From the NCBI GenBank assembly GCA_013349285.1, contig DUZU01000005.1, forward strand, positions 19,772 through 83,771: a DNA stretch of 64,000 nucleotides. The letters run 5' to 3'. This document shows, piece after piece, positions 42,575-52,353 of this stretch. The position numbers and the translations under genes were made by a program. The DNA comes from Deltaproteobacteria bacterium. GTDB lineage: Bacteria > Desulfobacterota > Desulfobulbia > Desulfobulbales > Desulfurivibrionaceae. The first letter of the stretch is position 1; each line of letters starts with the position of its first letter. Below the pieces are notes generated by a model. The model worked only from the letters and a program-made list of their open reading frames with translations. It had not been told where the DNA came from and searched no databases.

Positions 42575-45214
42575 GTGAAAAGATTGAAGAGCTTTTTTCT
42601 GTATTTATTTTTTCTGGCCGGGCTACCTTTATCCGCGATGGCTGCTGACCATGGCGGGGCTGACTGGGCCTATAGCGGCGCGGCCGGCCCTGCGCATTGG
42701 GGGGATTTGAGCCAGGAGTATGCTCTCTGCAGCACCGGGCTCAATCAATCCCCGATTGATATCGTGCAAACCGTTAGAAAAGATTTAGGTCCCCTTGTCT
42801 TTGCCTATCAAAGCGCCCCCTTGAGTGTGGTTAACAACGGGCATGCCATTCAGGCAAATCATAAGGCAGGCAGTTTCATCAAGGTGCAGGGCAAGCTTTA
42901 CAAGCTTTTGCAGTATCATTTCCATAGTCCCAGTGAAAACACCCATCGCGGTAAACCCTACGACATGGAGTTGCATCTGGTGCACAAGAGTGAGCAAGGG
43001 GAGCTTGCGGTGGTCGGGGTATTTATGCGGCAAGGTGCGGCCAATCAGCTGGTTCAGACCTTGTGGGACAATCTGAATCCCAAGGTTGCGCAATCGCGTA
43101 ACCTTCCCCATCTTCTTGTTAATCCAGTGGATTTGCTGCCATATAACGGCTCATATTATCATTTTAAAGGTTCTCTCACCACGCCGCCATGTTCGCAGGA
43201 TGTGCAGTGGTATCTGCTCAAAGACTCGATCGAGGTCTCGGCCGCCCAGATTGAAAAATTTGTGGGAATTATCGGCCACAATGCCCGTCCGGTTAATCCC
43301 CTCAACGGCAGAGAGATTGTCGAGGTTAGTCAGGGGAAGATTATCAATGCCGGTGTTGTTGTAACTAATGATCATGGCAATAGCGGTCATGGTGGTGTCG
43401 CTCAAGGCCATGTTGTTGCTGTTGCCGCTGCCGGGCACGGCAATAGCAATGTGGCTCATGCCTCGTTTGAGTCCGGCAAGGTAACTATCAAAAAGGAAAA
43501 AAGTCACGCAAAAGCCGAGTCGCGCAAAAGCGTATTCCATGCGGACGAACGTACTTCCGTGCATCAACAAGGAGTTCCGATTTGGTTCGTGTTGGCGGCT
43601 TTGGTGGTTTTAGGTGTTTTGGGGGTAATTTTTTTTAAAGGAGACAATATTATGATGTTCAGCAAAATGAAGGTAGGGGCCAGGATCGGCTTGATCATCT
43701 GTAGTTTGTTGGCATTGCTGATGGTGGTCGCCGGAATAAGTATTTCCAAGATGTCGAATATCGGCAACGAGCTCAAGCAGATCGCCGAAGAGGATATTCC
43801 GCTTACTGATTCGATTTGTAATATCGGTAATCATCAGTTGGAGATCGCTGTTTTGTTTGAACGCGGCTTTCGCCTTGGTGAAAAGGGCGATGTGGCCGGC
43901 ATGCAGCAATTATTAGCCGAGATCGACAAAAACGGTGAATCTGTTGTCGATTTGATTGGCGAAGCCCAAAAGATTGCAGAGGAAGGATTACACGCCGCTA
44001 ATAATGATAATGATCGTCGTGAGTTTGAAGGGGTGCTGACCCAACTTAAGACCATTGTCAAAGAGCATGATCAGGTCGAGGAACATGTCAAGAGCGTATT
44101 CGAGACCATTGCCCAGGGTAATCTGCATGAGGCGGAAGTGCTAGGTGAAAAGGTTGAGGTAGAGGCCGATGATGTGGATAAGGCTATCGCGGTTCTTCTT
44201 GAAGAGATCCAAAAGTTTACCGAAGCTGCGGGGCAAAGGGCTGAAGGTATTGAGGCTTCAGCCTTCAATTTGATTGTTGCGAGCACTATTGCCGCGCTCA
44301 TTATCGGGCTTGGTCTCGGCATAATGGTAAATCGCAGTATTGCCTTTGCCCTTAACAATGTGAAAGTCATCTCCGACAATGTTGCCGCCGCCAGTCTGCA
44401 GTTAAGTTCCACCGCCGAGGAGCTTTCCCAAGGCGCCAGTGAGCAGGCCGCCTCGGTTGAGGAATCTTCCGCCTCGGTGGAGCAGATGGCTGCCACCATT
44501 AAACAAAATACCGATAATGCCTTGCAGACCGAACAGATAGCCATGCACACCGCCGGTGATGCCGAGGAAAGCGGCCAGGCGGTGCAGTCCACCGTGGCGG
44601 CGATGAATAATATCGCCGGTAAGATCTCGATTATTGAAGAGATCGCCCGACAGACCAACCTCCTGGCTTTAAATGCCGCGATCGAGGCGGCCCGGGCCGG
44701 GGAGCACGGCAAGGGCTTTGCCGTGGTTGCTGCCGAGGTGAGAAAGCTGGCCGAAAGAAGCCAGAAGGCGGCGGCGGAGATCAGTGAATTATCCTCTTCA
44801 AGTGTCGATGTAGCTGATAAGGCCGGGAAAATGCTGAGTAAAATAGTGCCGGATATCCAGAAAACAGCCACCTTGGTTCAGGAGATCAGTGCCGCGAGCC
44901 GTGAGCAGACCGCGGGTACCGAACAGATCAACGAAGGGATGCAGCAGCTTGATACGGTTGTTCAGCAAAATTCCAGCGCCTCGGAAGAAATGGCCGCCAC
45001 CGCCGAAGAGCTTTCCGCCCAGGCGGAAGAGTTGCAGTCGGTGATTGCCTCGCTGATCAGCTCCGGGGGGGCAGCCTTTGCCGCGCCCAGAACTCCTAGA
45101 AAAACCGGCGTAATTCATAAGCCGGTGGTAGAGAAAAAAACCGGAGCTAAGTTGCTGTTGGGAAAGGCCAAACCCGTCCATGATAAGCTGGATGATGATT
45201 TCGAGCGTTTTTAA
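42575..45214 (+). CDS. alpha-carbonic anhydrase fused in frame to a methyl-accepting chemotaxis protein (879 aa)
   Basis: GTG at 42575 with a GGAGGG SD, followed by a signal peptide. CA hallmarks: QSPIDI, QYHFHSP, ELHLVH and SLTTPPC. Then a His-rich linker, TM, TM, a helical periplasmic domain, TM, and the MCP hairpin [35 protein letters not shown]. No stop codon until 45214. Confidence 0.8.
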   Translation: MKRLKSFFLYLFFLAGLPLSAMAADHGGADWAYSGAAGPAHWGDLSQEYALCSTGLNQSPIDIVQTVRKDLGPLVFAYQSAPLSVVNNGHAIQANHKAGSFIKVQGKLYKLLQYHFHSPSENTHRGKPYDMELHLVHKSEQGELAVVGVFMRQGAANQLVQTLWDNLNPKVAQSRNLPHLLVNPVDLLPYNGSYYHFKGSLTTPPCSQDVQWYLLKDSIEVSAAQIEKFVGIIGHNARPVNPLNGREIVEVSQGKIINAGVVVTNDHGNSGHGGVAQGHVVAVAAAGHGNSNVAHASFESGKVTIKKEKSHAKAESRKSVFHADERTSVHQQGVPIWFVLAALVVLGVLGVIFFKGDNIMMFSKMKVGARIGLIICSLLALLMVVAGISISKMSNIGNELKQIAEEDIPLTDSICNIGNHQLEIAVLFERGFRLGEKGDVAGMQQLLAEIDKNGESVVDLIGEAQKIAEEGLHAANNDNDRREFEGVLTQLKTIVKEHDQVEEHVKSVFETIAQGNLHEAEVLGEKVEVEADDVDKAIAVLLEEIQKFTEAAGQRAEGIEASAFNLIVASTIAALIIGLGLGIMVNRSIAFALNNVKVISDNVAAASLQLSSTAEELSQGASEQAASVEESSASVEQMAATIKQNTDNALQTEQIAMHTAGDAEESGQAVQSTVAAMNNIAGKISIIEEIARQTNLLALNAAIEAARAGEHGKGFAVVAAEVRKLAERSQKAAAEISELSSSSVDVADKAGKMLSKIVPDIQKTATLVQEISAASREQTAGTEQINEGMQQLDTVVQQNSSASEEMAATAEELSAQAEELQSVIASLISSGGAAFAAPRTPRKTGVIHKPVVEKKTGAKLLLGKAKPVHDKLDDDFERF
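43629..43636. repeat. T8 homopolymer at the CA/MCP junction
   Basis: The junction reads gta att ttt ttt aaa gga gac aat att atg. T9 would give ...FFF-TAA. T7 would give ...IFLKETIL-TGA overlapping the MCP ATG. Confidence 0.95.
43652..45214 (+). CDS. methyl-accepting chemotaxis protein from an internal start
   Basis: ATG at 43652 is preceded by AAAGGAGA (43637-43644). The 520-aa product has the standard TM / periplasmic 4-helix / TM / signalling-domain layout. Confidence 0.5.
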   Translation: MMFSKMKVGARIGLIICSLLALLMVVAGISISKMSNIGNELKQIAEEDIPLTDSICNIGNHQLEIAVLFERGFRLGEKGDVAGMQQLLAEIDKNGESVVDLIGEAQKIAEEGLHAANNDNDRREFEGVLTQLKTIVKEHDQVEEHVKSVFETIAQGNLHEAEVLGEKVEVEADDVDKAIAVLLEEIQKFTEAAGQRAEGIEASAFNLIVASTIAALIIGLGLGIMVNRSIAFALNNVKVISDNVAAASLQLSSTAEELSQGASEQAASVEESSASVEQMAATIKQNTDNALQTEQIAMHTAGDAEESGQAVQSTVAAMNNIAGKISIIEEIARQTNLLALNAAIEAARAGEHGKGFAVVAAEVRKLAERSQKAAAEISELSSSSVDVADKAGKMLSKIVPDIQKTATLVQEISAASREQTAGTEQINEGMQQLDTVVQQNSSASEEMAATAEELSAQAEELQSVIASLISSGGAAFAAPRTPRKTGVIHKPVVEKKTGAKLLLGKAKPVHDKLDDDFERF

Positions 45215-45236
45215 GGTCGAAACGCCCGTTTTTTTT
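45205..45236 (+). terminator. weak hairpin + T8 (possible attenuator between receptor and cheW)
   Basis: Stem gcgttt / aaacgc (6 bp, A/T-rich) with a 9-nt loop, then ccg and a T8 run. Confidence 0.4.
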
Positions 45237-45298
45237 AGGGTAAAGGGAGCGGCGGGCACTTCTGCTGGGTATTGGATTATATTTTTAAGGTGAAAATC

Positions 45299-45835
45299 AT
45301 GACAAAGGTCGAAGAAAAAGGCGAGCTTGTTGCGCAGTACTTGAGTTTCATCCTGCGCGAGGAGAATTTTGCCATTGAAATCTCAAAGGTCAGAGAGGTG
45401 CTGGATGTGACGGTGCTCACCAAAATTCCGCGGATGCCAGAATATTTAAGCGGGGTTATTAATTTGCGGGGCAACGTGGTGCCGGTGATGGATCTTGGTT
45501 TGAAGCTTGGGATGACGGGCATAGAGCAAACCCATAATACCTGTATCATGATTGTCGAGCTTGAGGTTGAAGGGGAAACAGTCGATATGGGGTTGTTGAC
45601 CGATTCGGTGCAGATGGTCATAGACCTGCGTAATGACGATATCGAAGCGGTGCCTAAGATGGGAACCGGGATTGATACTGAATTCATCAAGGGCATGGGC
45701 CGCCAGGATGAAAAATTTCTCATTATTCTTGATATTGACAAGGTTCTTGCCAAAGAAGGGCGTGCGGTATTGCAGGATAACAGCGATGAGATAATTGGTG
45801 CAGAGCAGGCTGAAGCGGTTACGGCCACCGCATAG
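45299..45835 (+). CDS. cheW: chemotaxis coupling protein CheW
   Basis: ATG at 45299 with an AAGGTG SD. Single CheW-like domain (FAIEISKVREV, INLRGNVVPVMDL, ILDIDKV). Confidence 0.9.
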   Translation: MTKVEEKGELVAQYLSFILREENFAIEISKVREVLDVTVLTKIPRMPEYLSGVINLRGNVVPVMDLGLKLGMTGIEQTHNTCIMIVELEVEGETVDMGLLTDSVQMVIDLRNDDIEAVPKMGTGIDTEFIKGMGRQDEKFLIILDIDKVLAKEGRAVLQDNSDEIIGAEQAEAVTATA

Positions 45836-45896
45836 ATATCATCGTCTATGTGAGTTGGAGGAAGAGCAAAAGCGTAGATGGTGCCAAGGGTGAAGC

Positions 45897-48062
45897 ATGG
45901 GTAACAAAGAATATGTTGCGATCTTTCGCGAGGAGACCGCAGAGCTTCTGGATGAAATAGAAAGTTCTTTGCTTGAGCTTGAAAAAGACCCGAGCGATCT
46001 GATGATAGTCGGCCGAATTTTTCGGGCAATGCATACGATCAAGGGGTCAGGCGCGATGTTTGGTTTTGACGCCATCGCCGACTTTACTCATCATTTTGAA
46101 ACCATGCTTGATAAGGTGCGGGACGGTAAGGCTTCGGTCACCAGTGATTTGATAGATTTGACCTTGGCGTCCTGTGATTATATCCATGCCATGCTCGATG
46201 CGGATGGGGAGACGGTCGGCGATAACGTTGATCCGGAGGTTGGTGAGAAGTTGATAGCCTCTCTGCAAAAACTTGTTGGTGGGCATGGCGAAGGTGACGC
46301 CGGAGGGGAAAATTCTCCGCTTGATGATTGTGCAAAAAAATCACCTTCAGGTCAAAGAGCTCCGGTCCAAGATGGTGGGGAGAAAGCATCCGCCAAAGAA
46401 ATTAATGTCCATTACCGTATCAGTTTGTTGCCGACCATGGAATTTTTTTCAGGGGGGAACACTGTCGAGCAACTGATTGATGAGTTGAGCCTGCTCGGTG
46501 AATGTACGGTTTTTCAACATCCGGGCAATAAGGTGGATGGTGGAGCCGGAGATAATAATGATGCCTGGGAAATTTTGCTCACCACTGATCGGGGCACGGA
46601 TGCGGTTGAAGACGTGTTTGTCTTTGCCCGGTCCAGTTGCAATATATCAGTCACCGTGTTGGTGACCGAAGATGAGAATCATTTTGCAGAGCACCAAAAG
46701 CTGGGCGAGATTCTCATTGCCAGAGGAGATATCTCCCCGGACGATCTCAGCCGGGTTCTTGCCAAGCAAAAGCGTATCGGAGATCTCCTGGTTGAAGAAC
46801 ATCTGGTTTCCCGCTCCAAGGTTGATGCCGCGTTGGTCGAACAACAAATGTTGCAGCAAGCCTCGGCCAAGGTGGGGCAAACGAAAACCGCGGACAGTAT
46901 CCGGGTTGCGGCGGAAAAACTAGATCAACTTATCAATCTGGTGGGAGAGTTGGTGGTGAATCAAGCTCGATTGACCCAGGTATCTTCCAAGTATGACGAT
47001 CCAGGGCTGGTGGAGCCGGTGGAAGAGGTGGAGCGGCTTACCGCCGAGTTGCGCGACTGTGTTCTTAATATCAGAATGTTGCCCATCGGAACAACCTTTG
47101 CCCGTTTCAAACGGTTGGTCAGAGATTTATCGGCCGAGCTCGGCAAGGAGGTGGTTTTGGTGACTGAAGGCGGTGAAACCGAGCTTGATAAGAACGTTAT
47201 TGATCAACTCGGGGAGCCGATGATTCACCTGATCCGTAACTGTATTGACCATGGCATGGAAACTCCCGCCGACAGAGAGGCCAAAGGTAAGCCGCGCAAG
47301 GGGACGGTTCGCTTGTCGGCTGAACATGCCGGGGCAAATGTGGTAATTTCGGTAACCGATGACGGCAAGGGTCTTGATGTGGAGAAGATTCTTCAGAAAG
47401 GGATTGAGAAAGGCTTGGTCAGGGCCGGCGAAGATCTAAGCCAAAAAGAGATATTCAATTCTATTTTCATGCCGGGCCTGTCAACCGCCGCGACCGTTTC
47501 CAGCGTCTCCGGGCGCGGAGTCGGCATGGATGTGGTCAAGACCACCATCGAGCGGCTCAAGGGTTCTGTTTGTGTGGCGGAAAGCGTTAAAAATAAAGGG
47601 ACAACCATCACCATAACCTTGCCGCTGACCTTGGCCATTATCGACGGGTTGCTGGTTTTGGTTGAAGATACCTACTTGGTTCTGCCCCTGACGCAGGTGG
47701 AGGAGTGTGTCGAGCTTACCAAGGAGGATATAGATCATTTCCATGATCGTCGGATGATTCCGGTGCGGGATCAGTTGGTGCCCTATGTGCGGCTCCGTGA
47801 TTTTTTTGCAATACCCGGAAAACGGCCGGAGATTGAACAAATGGTTATTGTGATGGTTAACGGAGAGCGGTTCGGTCTGGTTCTCGACGATGTTATCGGT
47901 GAACATCAGACGGTGTTGAAGTCCTTGGGCTGGGTTTACCGGAATGCCATAGGGTTGTCAGGATCGACGGTGCTGGGAAATGGTGAAGTTGCCTTGATTA
48001 TCGATGTGCCCGATATTATGAAGGTTGCGCAAAAAGAAGAGAAAGACGTTTTTGCAGACTGA
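45897..48062 (+). CDS. cheA: chemotaxis histidine kinase CheA
   Basis: 721 aa. HPt box FRAMHTIKGSGAMFGF, a dimerisation region, the HATPase domain (HLIRNCIDHG, DDGKGL, GRGVGMD) and a C-terminal CheW-like domain. Confidence 0.95.
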   Translation: MGNKEYVAIFREETAELLDEIESSLLELEKDPSDLMIVGRIFRAMHTIKGSGAMFGFDAIADFTHHFETMLDKVRDGKASVTSDLIDLTLASCDYIHAMLDADGETVGDNVDPEVGEKLIASLQKLVGGHGEGDAGGENSPLDDCAKKSPSGQRAPVQDGGEKASAKEINVHYRISLLPTMEFFSGGNTVEQLIDELSLLGECTVFQHPGNKVDGGAGDNNDAWEILLTTDRGTDAVEDVFVFARSSCNISVTVLVTEDENHFAEHQKLGEILIARGDISPDDLSRVLAKQKRIGDLLVEEHLVSRSKVDAALVEQQMLQQASAKVGQTKTADSIRVAAEKLDQLINLVGELVVNQARLTQVSSKYDDPGLVEPVEEVERLTAELRDCVLNIRMLPIGTTFARFKRLVRDLSAELGKEVVLVTEGGETELDKNVIDQLGEPMIHLIRNCIDHGMETPADREAKGKPRKGTVRLSAEHAGANVVISVTDDGKGLDVEKILQKGIEKGLVRAGEDLSQKEIFNSIFMPGLSTAATVSSVSGRGVGMDVVKTTIERLKGSVCVAESVKNKGTTITITLPLTLAIIDGLLVLVEDTYLVLPLTQVEECVELTKEDIDHFHDRRMIPVRDQLVPYVRLRDFFAIPGKRPEIEQMVIVMVNGERFGLVLDDVIGEHQTVLKSLGWVYRNAIGLSGSTVLGNGEVALIIDVPDIMKVAQKEEKDVFAD

Positions 48063-48131
48063 TCTTGGGTTTTACTTATTGCCCGGGCGTGGAAAAATTT
48101 TCAAACGATACTAACGAGAAGAGTTTTTTCT

Positions 48132-49010
48132 TTGACGAAAAAAGTGGCTGTTCATATGAGTGATGGGTCAATTCAGCCTGTTTTAACAGATCGTGAATTT
48201 AAAAAAATAAGCGCGTTTGTGTATGATGTCTGCGGCATTAAACTCCCTCCCATCAAAAAAACCATGCTTTCCGCACGATTGCAAAAAAGATTGCGACAGT
48301 TGCGAATAACTAGTTTCTCCGATTACTTCTCCTATGTCCTGAGTCCAGAAGGGCGGGCGCATGAGTTGCCCTTGATGATTGATGTGGTCAGTACCAACAA
48401 AACTGATTTTTTCAGGGAGGCTAAACATTTTGATGTGCTCACTACAAGGGTCTTGCCTGATTTTGTAAAAAGATTTGCCCAAGGCAACCGAAAGCTTCTC
48501 AGGGTATGGAGCGCAGGGTGCTCCAGCGGGGAGGAGCCTTACACCTTGGCCATGGTGTTGGATGATTTTTTCTCCAAGGTGGCCGGCATTGATTTTTCTA
48601 TCTTGGCCACCGATATCTGTACGGAAGTTCTGGCCAAGGCTGAGAAGGCGGTCTACCATGACGCCGGTCTGGAGCCAATTCCCACTCGCTTTCGCTATAA
48701 GTATTTGATGCGGGGAAAAGGGCAACAGAAAGGCTATCATCGGGTGGTGCCGGAGTTGCGCCGCAAGGTGAGTTTTCAACGACTTAATTTCATGGATAAA
48801 TGTTTTGCCATTGATCATAAAATGGACATAATTTTTTGTCGTAACGTGATTATCTATTTTGATAAAAAAACCCAGGCTGATCTCTTTGCTAAATTTCGTG
48901 AGCAATTTATGGCTTATGGCTATTTGTTTATCGGTCATTCCGAGTCTCTTGAAGGGCCGGCCGGCCAGATGGAAAGGGTAGCTTCAGCTGTATACAAGTG
49001 TGTTAAATGA
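48132..49010 (+). CDS. cheR: chemotaxis protein methyltransferase CheR
   Basis: N-terminal helical domain plus a SAM-binding fold (RVWSAGCSSGEEPYTLAM, IFCRNVIIYF). The start is ambiguous (TTG 48132 or ATG 48156). Confidence 0.9.
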   Translation: MTKKVAVHMSDGSIQPVLTDREFKKISAFVYDVCGIKLPPIKKTMLSARLQKRLRQLRITSFSDYFSYVLSPEGRAHELPLMIDVVSTNKTDFFREAKHFDVLTTRVLPDFVKRFAQGNRKLLRVWSAGCSSGEEPYTLAMVLDDFFSKVAGIDFSILATDICTEVLAKAEKAVYHDAGLEPIPTRFRYKYLMRGKGQQKGYHRVVPELRRKVSFQRLNFMDKCFAIDHKMDIIFCRNVIIYFDKKTQADLFAKFREQFMAYGYLFIGHSESLEGPAGQMERVASAVYKCVK

Positions 49011-49510
49011 TGCCGATGCCGGAAAAGGAGTTACCCACGGTTATCCTTGGGCCCGGGGAATTGTTTGTTGCCCGTAAGCCCACTATTATAACCACGATTT
49101 TAGGCTCTTGCGTTGCGGTGTGCCTCTATTGCCCCCAGCATCGGATTGGCGCGATGTGTCATGGTGTGTTGCCGAGATTCGGCAAGCAGTTTGAAAATGA
49201 TAGTTTTCGCTTTGTGGTCAGCTCTATTCGGCATATGGTGGAGGTCATGGCCAACGGGAAAAAACATTGTCCTAACAGCGGGTTGGTGGCCAAGGTTTTC
49301 GGTGGGGCGGAGGTGCTGGGTTTTTCTCGTAAGTCGAGCAAGAAAGGCTCCATCGGCGTTCAGAATATTGAGGCGGCTCGAAATTCTTTGAAAGATTTGA
49401 GTGTGTCGATCAAGGTCGAGGAGGTTGGCGGGGTCAATGGTCGGAAGCTGTTTTTTTATTCCCATAGCGGGGAGGTTTACATGAAGCCTATCCCTCGTTC
49501 GATTAAATAA
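49007..49510 (+). CDS. cheD: chemoreceptor glutamine deamidase CheD
   Basis: 167 aa with the active-site Cys context ILGSCVAVCLY. ATGA overlap with the cheR stop. Confidence 0.85.
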   Translation: MMPMPEKELPTVILGPGELFVARKPTIITTILGSCVAVCLYCPQHRIGAMCHGVLPRFGKQFENDSFRFVVSSIRHMVEVMANGKKHCPNSGLVAKVFGGAEVLGFSRKSSKKGSIGVQNIEAARNSLKDLSVSIKVEEVGGVNGRKLFFYSHSGEVYMKPIPRSIK

Positions 49511-49519
49511 AGGGATCCT

Positions 49520-50584
49520 ATGAACCGGAAGATCAGTGTGCTGATTGTTGACGATTCCGCCGTGGTTCGGCAGGTGCTGACCGATACGTTGGAGGCGGAT
49601 CCGCAGATTCGGGTCATGGGCGCTGCCCGGGATCCATTCGTGGCCGCGGATTACATCGAGAAAGAAGTGCCGGACGTTATTGTGCTTGATGTTGAAATGC
49701 CGCGGATGGATGGCCTTACTTTTTTGCACACGATTATGACCCAGCACCCGGTGCCGGTGGTTATGTGTTCGACCTTGACGGAAAAGGGGGCGGAGACGAC
49801 TTTAAAGGCGTTGGAGTACGGGGCCGTCGATATAATCCAAAAACCTAAATTGGGTACCAAGAAGTTTTTGGAGGAATCTCGCATTCGAATCTGTGATGCG
49901 GTTAAGGCGGCGGCCAGGGTCGTGGTCAAGCGGACCGCCGCCGCCCCTGTTCGGCGTGTGGAAAAAAAACTTACCGCCGATGCCGTGCTCGCTCCTCCAT
50001 CGGCTAAGGCAATGGTGCAGACCACGGAACGGGTGGTCGCGGTAGGAGCTTCTACGGGCGGCACAGAAGCTTTGCGGGTTTTTTTGGAGCAATTGCCCCG
50101 GGATTGTTCAGGGGTGGTCATTGTTCAGCATATGCCCGAAGGGTTTACCCGGGCCTTTGCCGCGCGCTTGGACGGCTTGTGTAGTATTAGGGTGAAAGAG
50201 GCCCAGAACGGTGATTCTGTTTTACGCGGGCAAGCGCTCATTGCGCCCGGCAATAAACATATGCTGTTGAAGCGAAGCGGGGCGCGTTATTACGTTGAAA
50301 TAAAAGACGGCCCCTTTGTCTGTCGGCATCGTCCTTCCGTTGATGTCCTTTTTCGATCAACCGCAAGGTACGCCGGCAAGAATGCCATCGGGATCATCAT
50401 GACCGGCATGGGAGATGACGGGGCCAGGGGGATGCTGGAGATGAAGCAGGCAGGGGCCTTTACCATTGCCCAGGATGAGGCGAGCTGCGTGGTGTTCGGT
50501 ATGCCCAAGGAGGCCATTGCCCTTAACGGGGTGGATCAGGTTCTCTCCTTGGAACAGATTGCGCCTAGGATTTCCCGAATGTAA
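49520..50584 (+). CDS. cheB: chemotaxis response regulator protein-glutamate methylesterase CheB
   Basis: REC domain ([17 protein letters not shown]) plus the methylesterase domain (GASTGG, HMP, GMGDDG). Confidence 0.95.
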   Translation: MNRKISVLIVDDSAVVRQVLTDTLEADPQIRVMGAARDPFVAADYIEKEVPDVIVLDVEMPRMDGLTFLHTIMTQHPVPVVMCSTLTEKGAETTLKALEYGAVDIIQKPKLGTKKFLEESRIRICDAVKAAARVVVKRTAAAPVRRVEKKLTADAVLAPPSAKAMVQTTERVVAVGASTGGTEALRVFLEQLPRDCSGVVIVQHMPEGFTRAFAARLDGLCSIRVKEAQNGDSVLRGQALIAPGNKHMLLKRSGARYYVEIKDGPFVCRHRPSVDVLFRSTARYAGKNAIGIIMTGMGDDGARGMLEMKQAGAFTIAQDEASCVVFGMPKEAIALNGVDQVLSLEQIAPRISRM

Positions 50585-50734
50585 AAAAAATGGTGTCCCT
50601 AAAAAATGAGCCTGTACAAAAGGTGAAGATTATGTACATAATTTTATAAAATATATAATTAATATCAAGACCATCGGTGTATGGCGCTCTTTGCCGCGAG
50701 TGCCCCGCCTTTTTTTTATTCGATAAGGAGAGTT

Positions 50735-52327
50735 ATGGACCTCTTGAAGGACTTTTCTCAGAAGGACATGATCGAGCAGATCATCATCCTTGATGAGATC
50801 AAAGAGACCAAGCAGGTTGAGTTGTTGCCTGAGTTGTTTAATCTGTATGTGAACCCCCTTGGCGACCATGCCGTCAATGAGATGGTTTATCATACCATCT
50901 TTGATTTGCTTGCCGGCCAGGAGCAGAAGATCATTTCAGGTTTTACCAGCAGTTCCAAGGCGGTGCAGATATTATCGGTGCGGCGGGCCGCGGATGGTGG
51001 TTCCGAAACATTAAAAGCCGCTCTGGTCAAACAGCTGGACGGTTCCGAAGATAATGAGCTTATTTCCGAGATCATTCGGGCTCTGGCCCATTTTAAAGAT
51101 CCGGCCCTTATTGATGTCTTTTTGTCATATATCCAGCATGATGACTATGCGGTAGTGGCCTGGGCGCTGAAGGCTTTGGCCAGAATCCATGACCCCAAGG
51201 CCAGGGACGTGGTTATGGGGGTGGTGTCGTCCAGCCGGGAGGCCCAGGAGGTCTCCGGCGGATGCGAGTTGCGCACGGCATTGGCCATTGAGAATGTGGC
51301 TGAATTCGGTGATGAGCAGTCTGTTGATTTTCTGATTAAATATATCCATAATTCTAACCCATCTTTTAGGCGGGTGGTTATTTCCGCGCTCGCCACCATG
51401 GATGAAAAAGTACTGCCTGGCTTGGTGGCGTGTCTTGAGTCCGGCGATAAGGACGAAAAGATCATGGCCGCCAATATTATCGGTTGGTCCGGCCATAAAA
51501 AAGGCGCCGATATTCTCGTTTCCTTTCTCGATGAGGCAGAAGAACTTAATCTGAAATTTGCAATTTATGAGGCCCTGGGTCGGATTAATTCTATGCGTAG
51601 TATCGTGGGGTTGACCGACGGCCTTGATGAAAAGGACGAGTTGGTTTTGATTGCGGTGGTGACCGGTCTTGATCATCTTTGCAATCCAGGGGTGGTTAAG
51701 ATGTTCAACGATGTTCTTGTTCAGGGAGACGACAAGAGCGCCCGCATATTAAAGACCATCGTCACCTCCCATGCCAGGAAACTTTTTGCCGAACTTTACC
51801 AGGCAGGTCAGCATGCGCCAAAAATGATCCAGGCGATCACCGCTTCCGGCGATCCTGAGGCGATGGCCGTCTTCCGGGCCGAACTTGAGGGAATGACCGG
51901 TGAGCAGGCTGCCCAGGATGCGCAAAGGTTGAGCGGGGCTACCGGGGCGGGTTCTACCAAAGAAAAAAGGATTTTGGCCGCCGATGACTCAAAGGCCATG
52001 CTTTTCTTTTACAAAAGCGTGGCCGCCGATCTCGGCATGGAACTGGTCACCGTGGAAGACGGCAAGCAGGCCTTTGACTTTTTGAAGGCAGACGACAAGT
52101 TCGATCTGATCATCAGTGATATGAACATGCCCAATATGGATGGCATTGAATTGACCCGTGAGATTAGGAAGCGTTCCGAATGGGCGGGGTTGCCGATCCT
52201 TATGGCCACCACCGAGTCGGAAAACAGCCAGGCCGAGCTTGCCACCAAGGCCGGAGTCAACGATTTCATTACCAAGCCCTTTTCCAAGGATGATTTCAAG
52301 GCCAAGATTGCCCAGATGTTTGGCTGA
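50735..52327 (+). CDS. HEAT-repeat protein with C-terminal CheY-like receiver domain
   Basis: ATG at 50735 follows AAGGAGAG. About 400 aa of HEAT/PBS-lyase-type repeats. Then a REC domain (ILAADDS, ISDMNMPNMDG, MATTE, ITKPF). Confidence 0.8.
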   Translation: MDLLKDFSQKDMIEQIIILDEIKETKQVELLPELFNLYVNPLGDHAVNEMVYHTIFDLLAGQEQKIISGFTSSSKAVQILSVRRAADGGSETLKAALVKQLDGSEDNELISEIIRALAHFKDPALIDVFLSYIQHDDYAVVAWALKALARIHDPKARDVVMGVVSSSREAQEVSGGCELRTALAIENVAEFGDEQSVDFLIKYIHNSNPSFRRVVISALATMDEKVLPGLVACLESGDKDEKIMAANIIGWSGHKKGADILVSFLDEAEELNLKFAIYEALGRINSMRSIVGLTDGLDEKDELVLIAVVTGLDHLCNPGVVKMFNDVLVQGDDKSARILKTIVTSHARKLFAELYQAGQHAPKMIQAITASGDPEAMAVFRAELEGMTGEQAAQDAQRLSGATGAGSTKEKRILAADDSKAMLFFYKSVAADLGMELVTVEDGKQAFDFLKADDKFDLIISDMNMPNMDGIELTREIRKRSEWAGLPILMATTESENSQAELATKAGVNDFITKPFSKDDFKAKIAQMFG

Positions 52328-52353
52328 GGGACATTTTTGATTATGGAAAGTTT

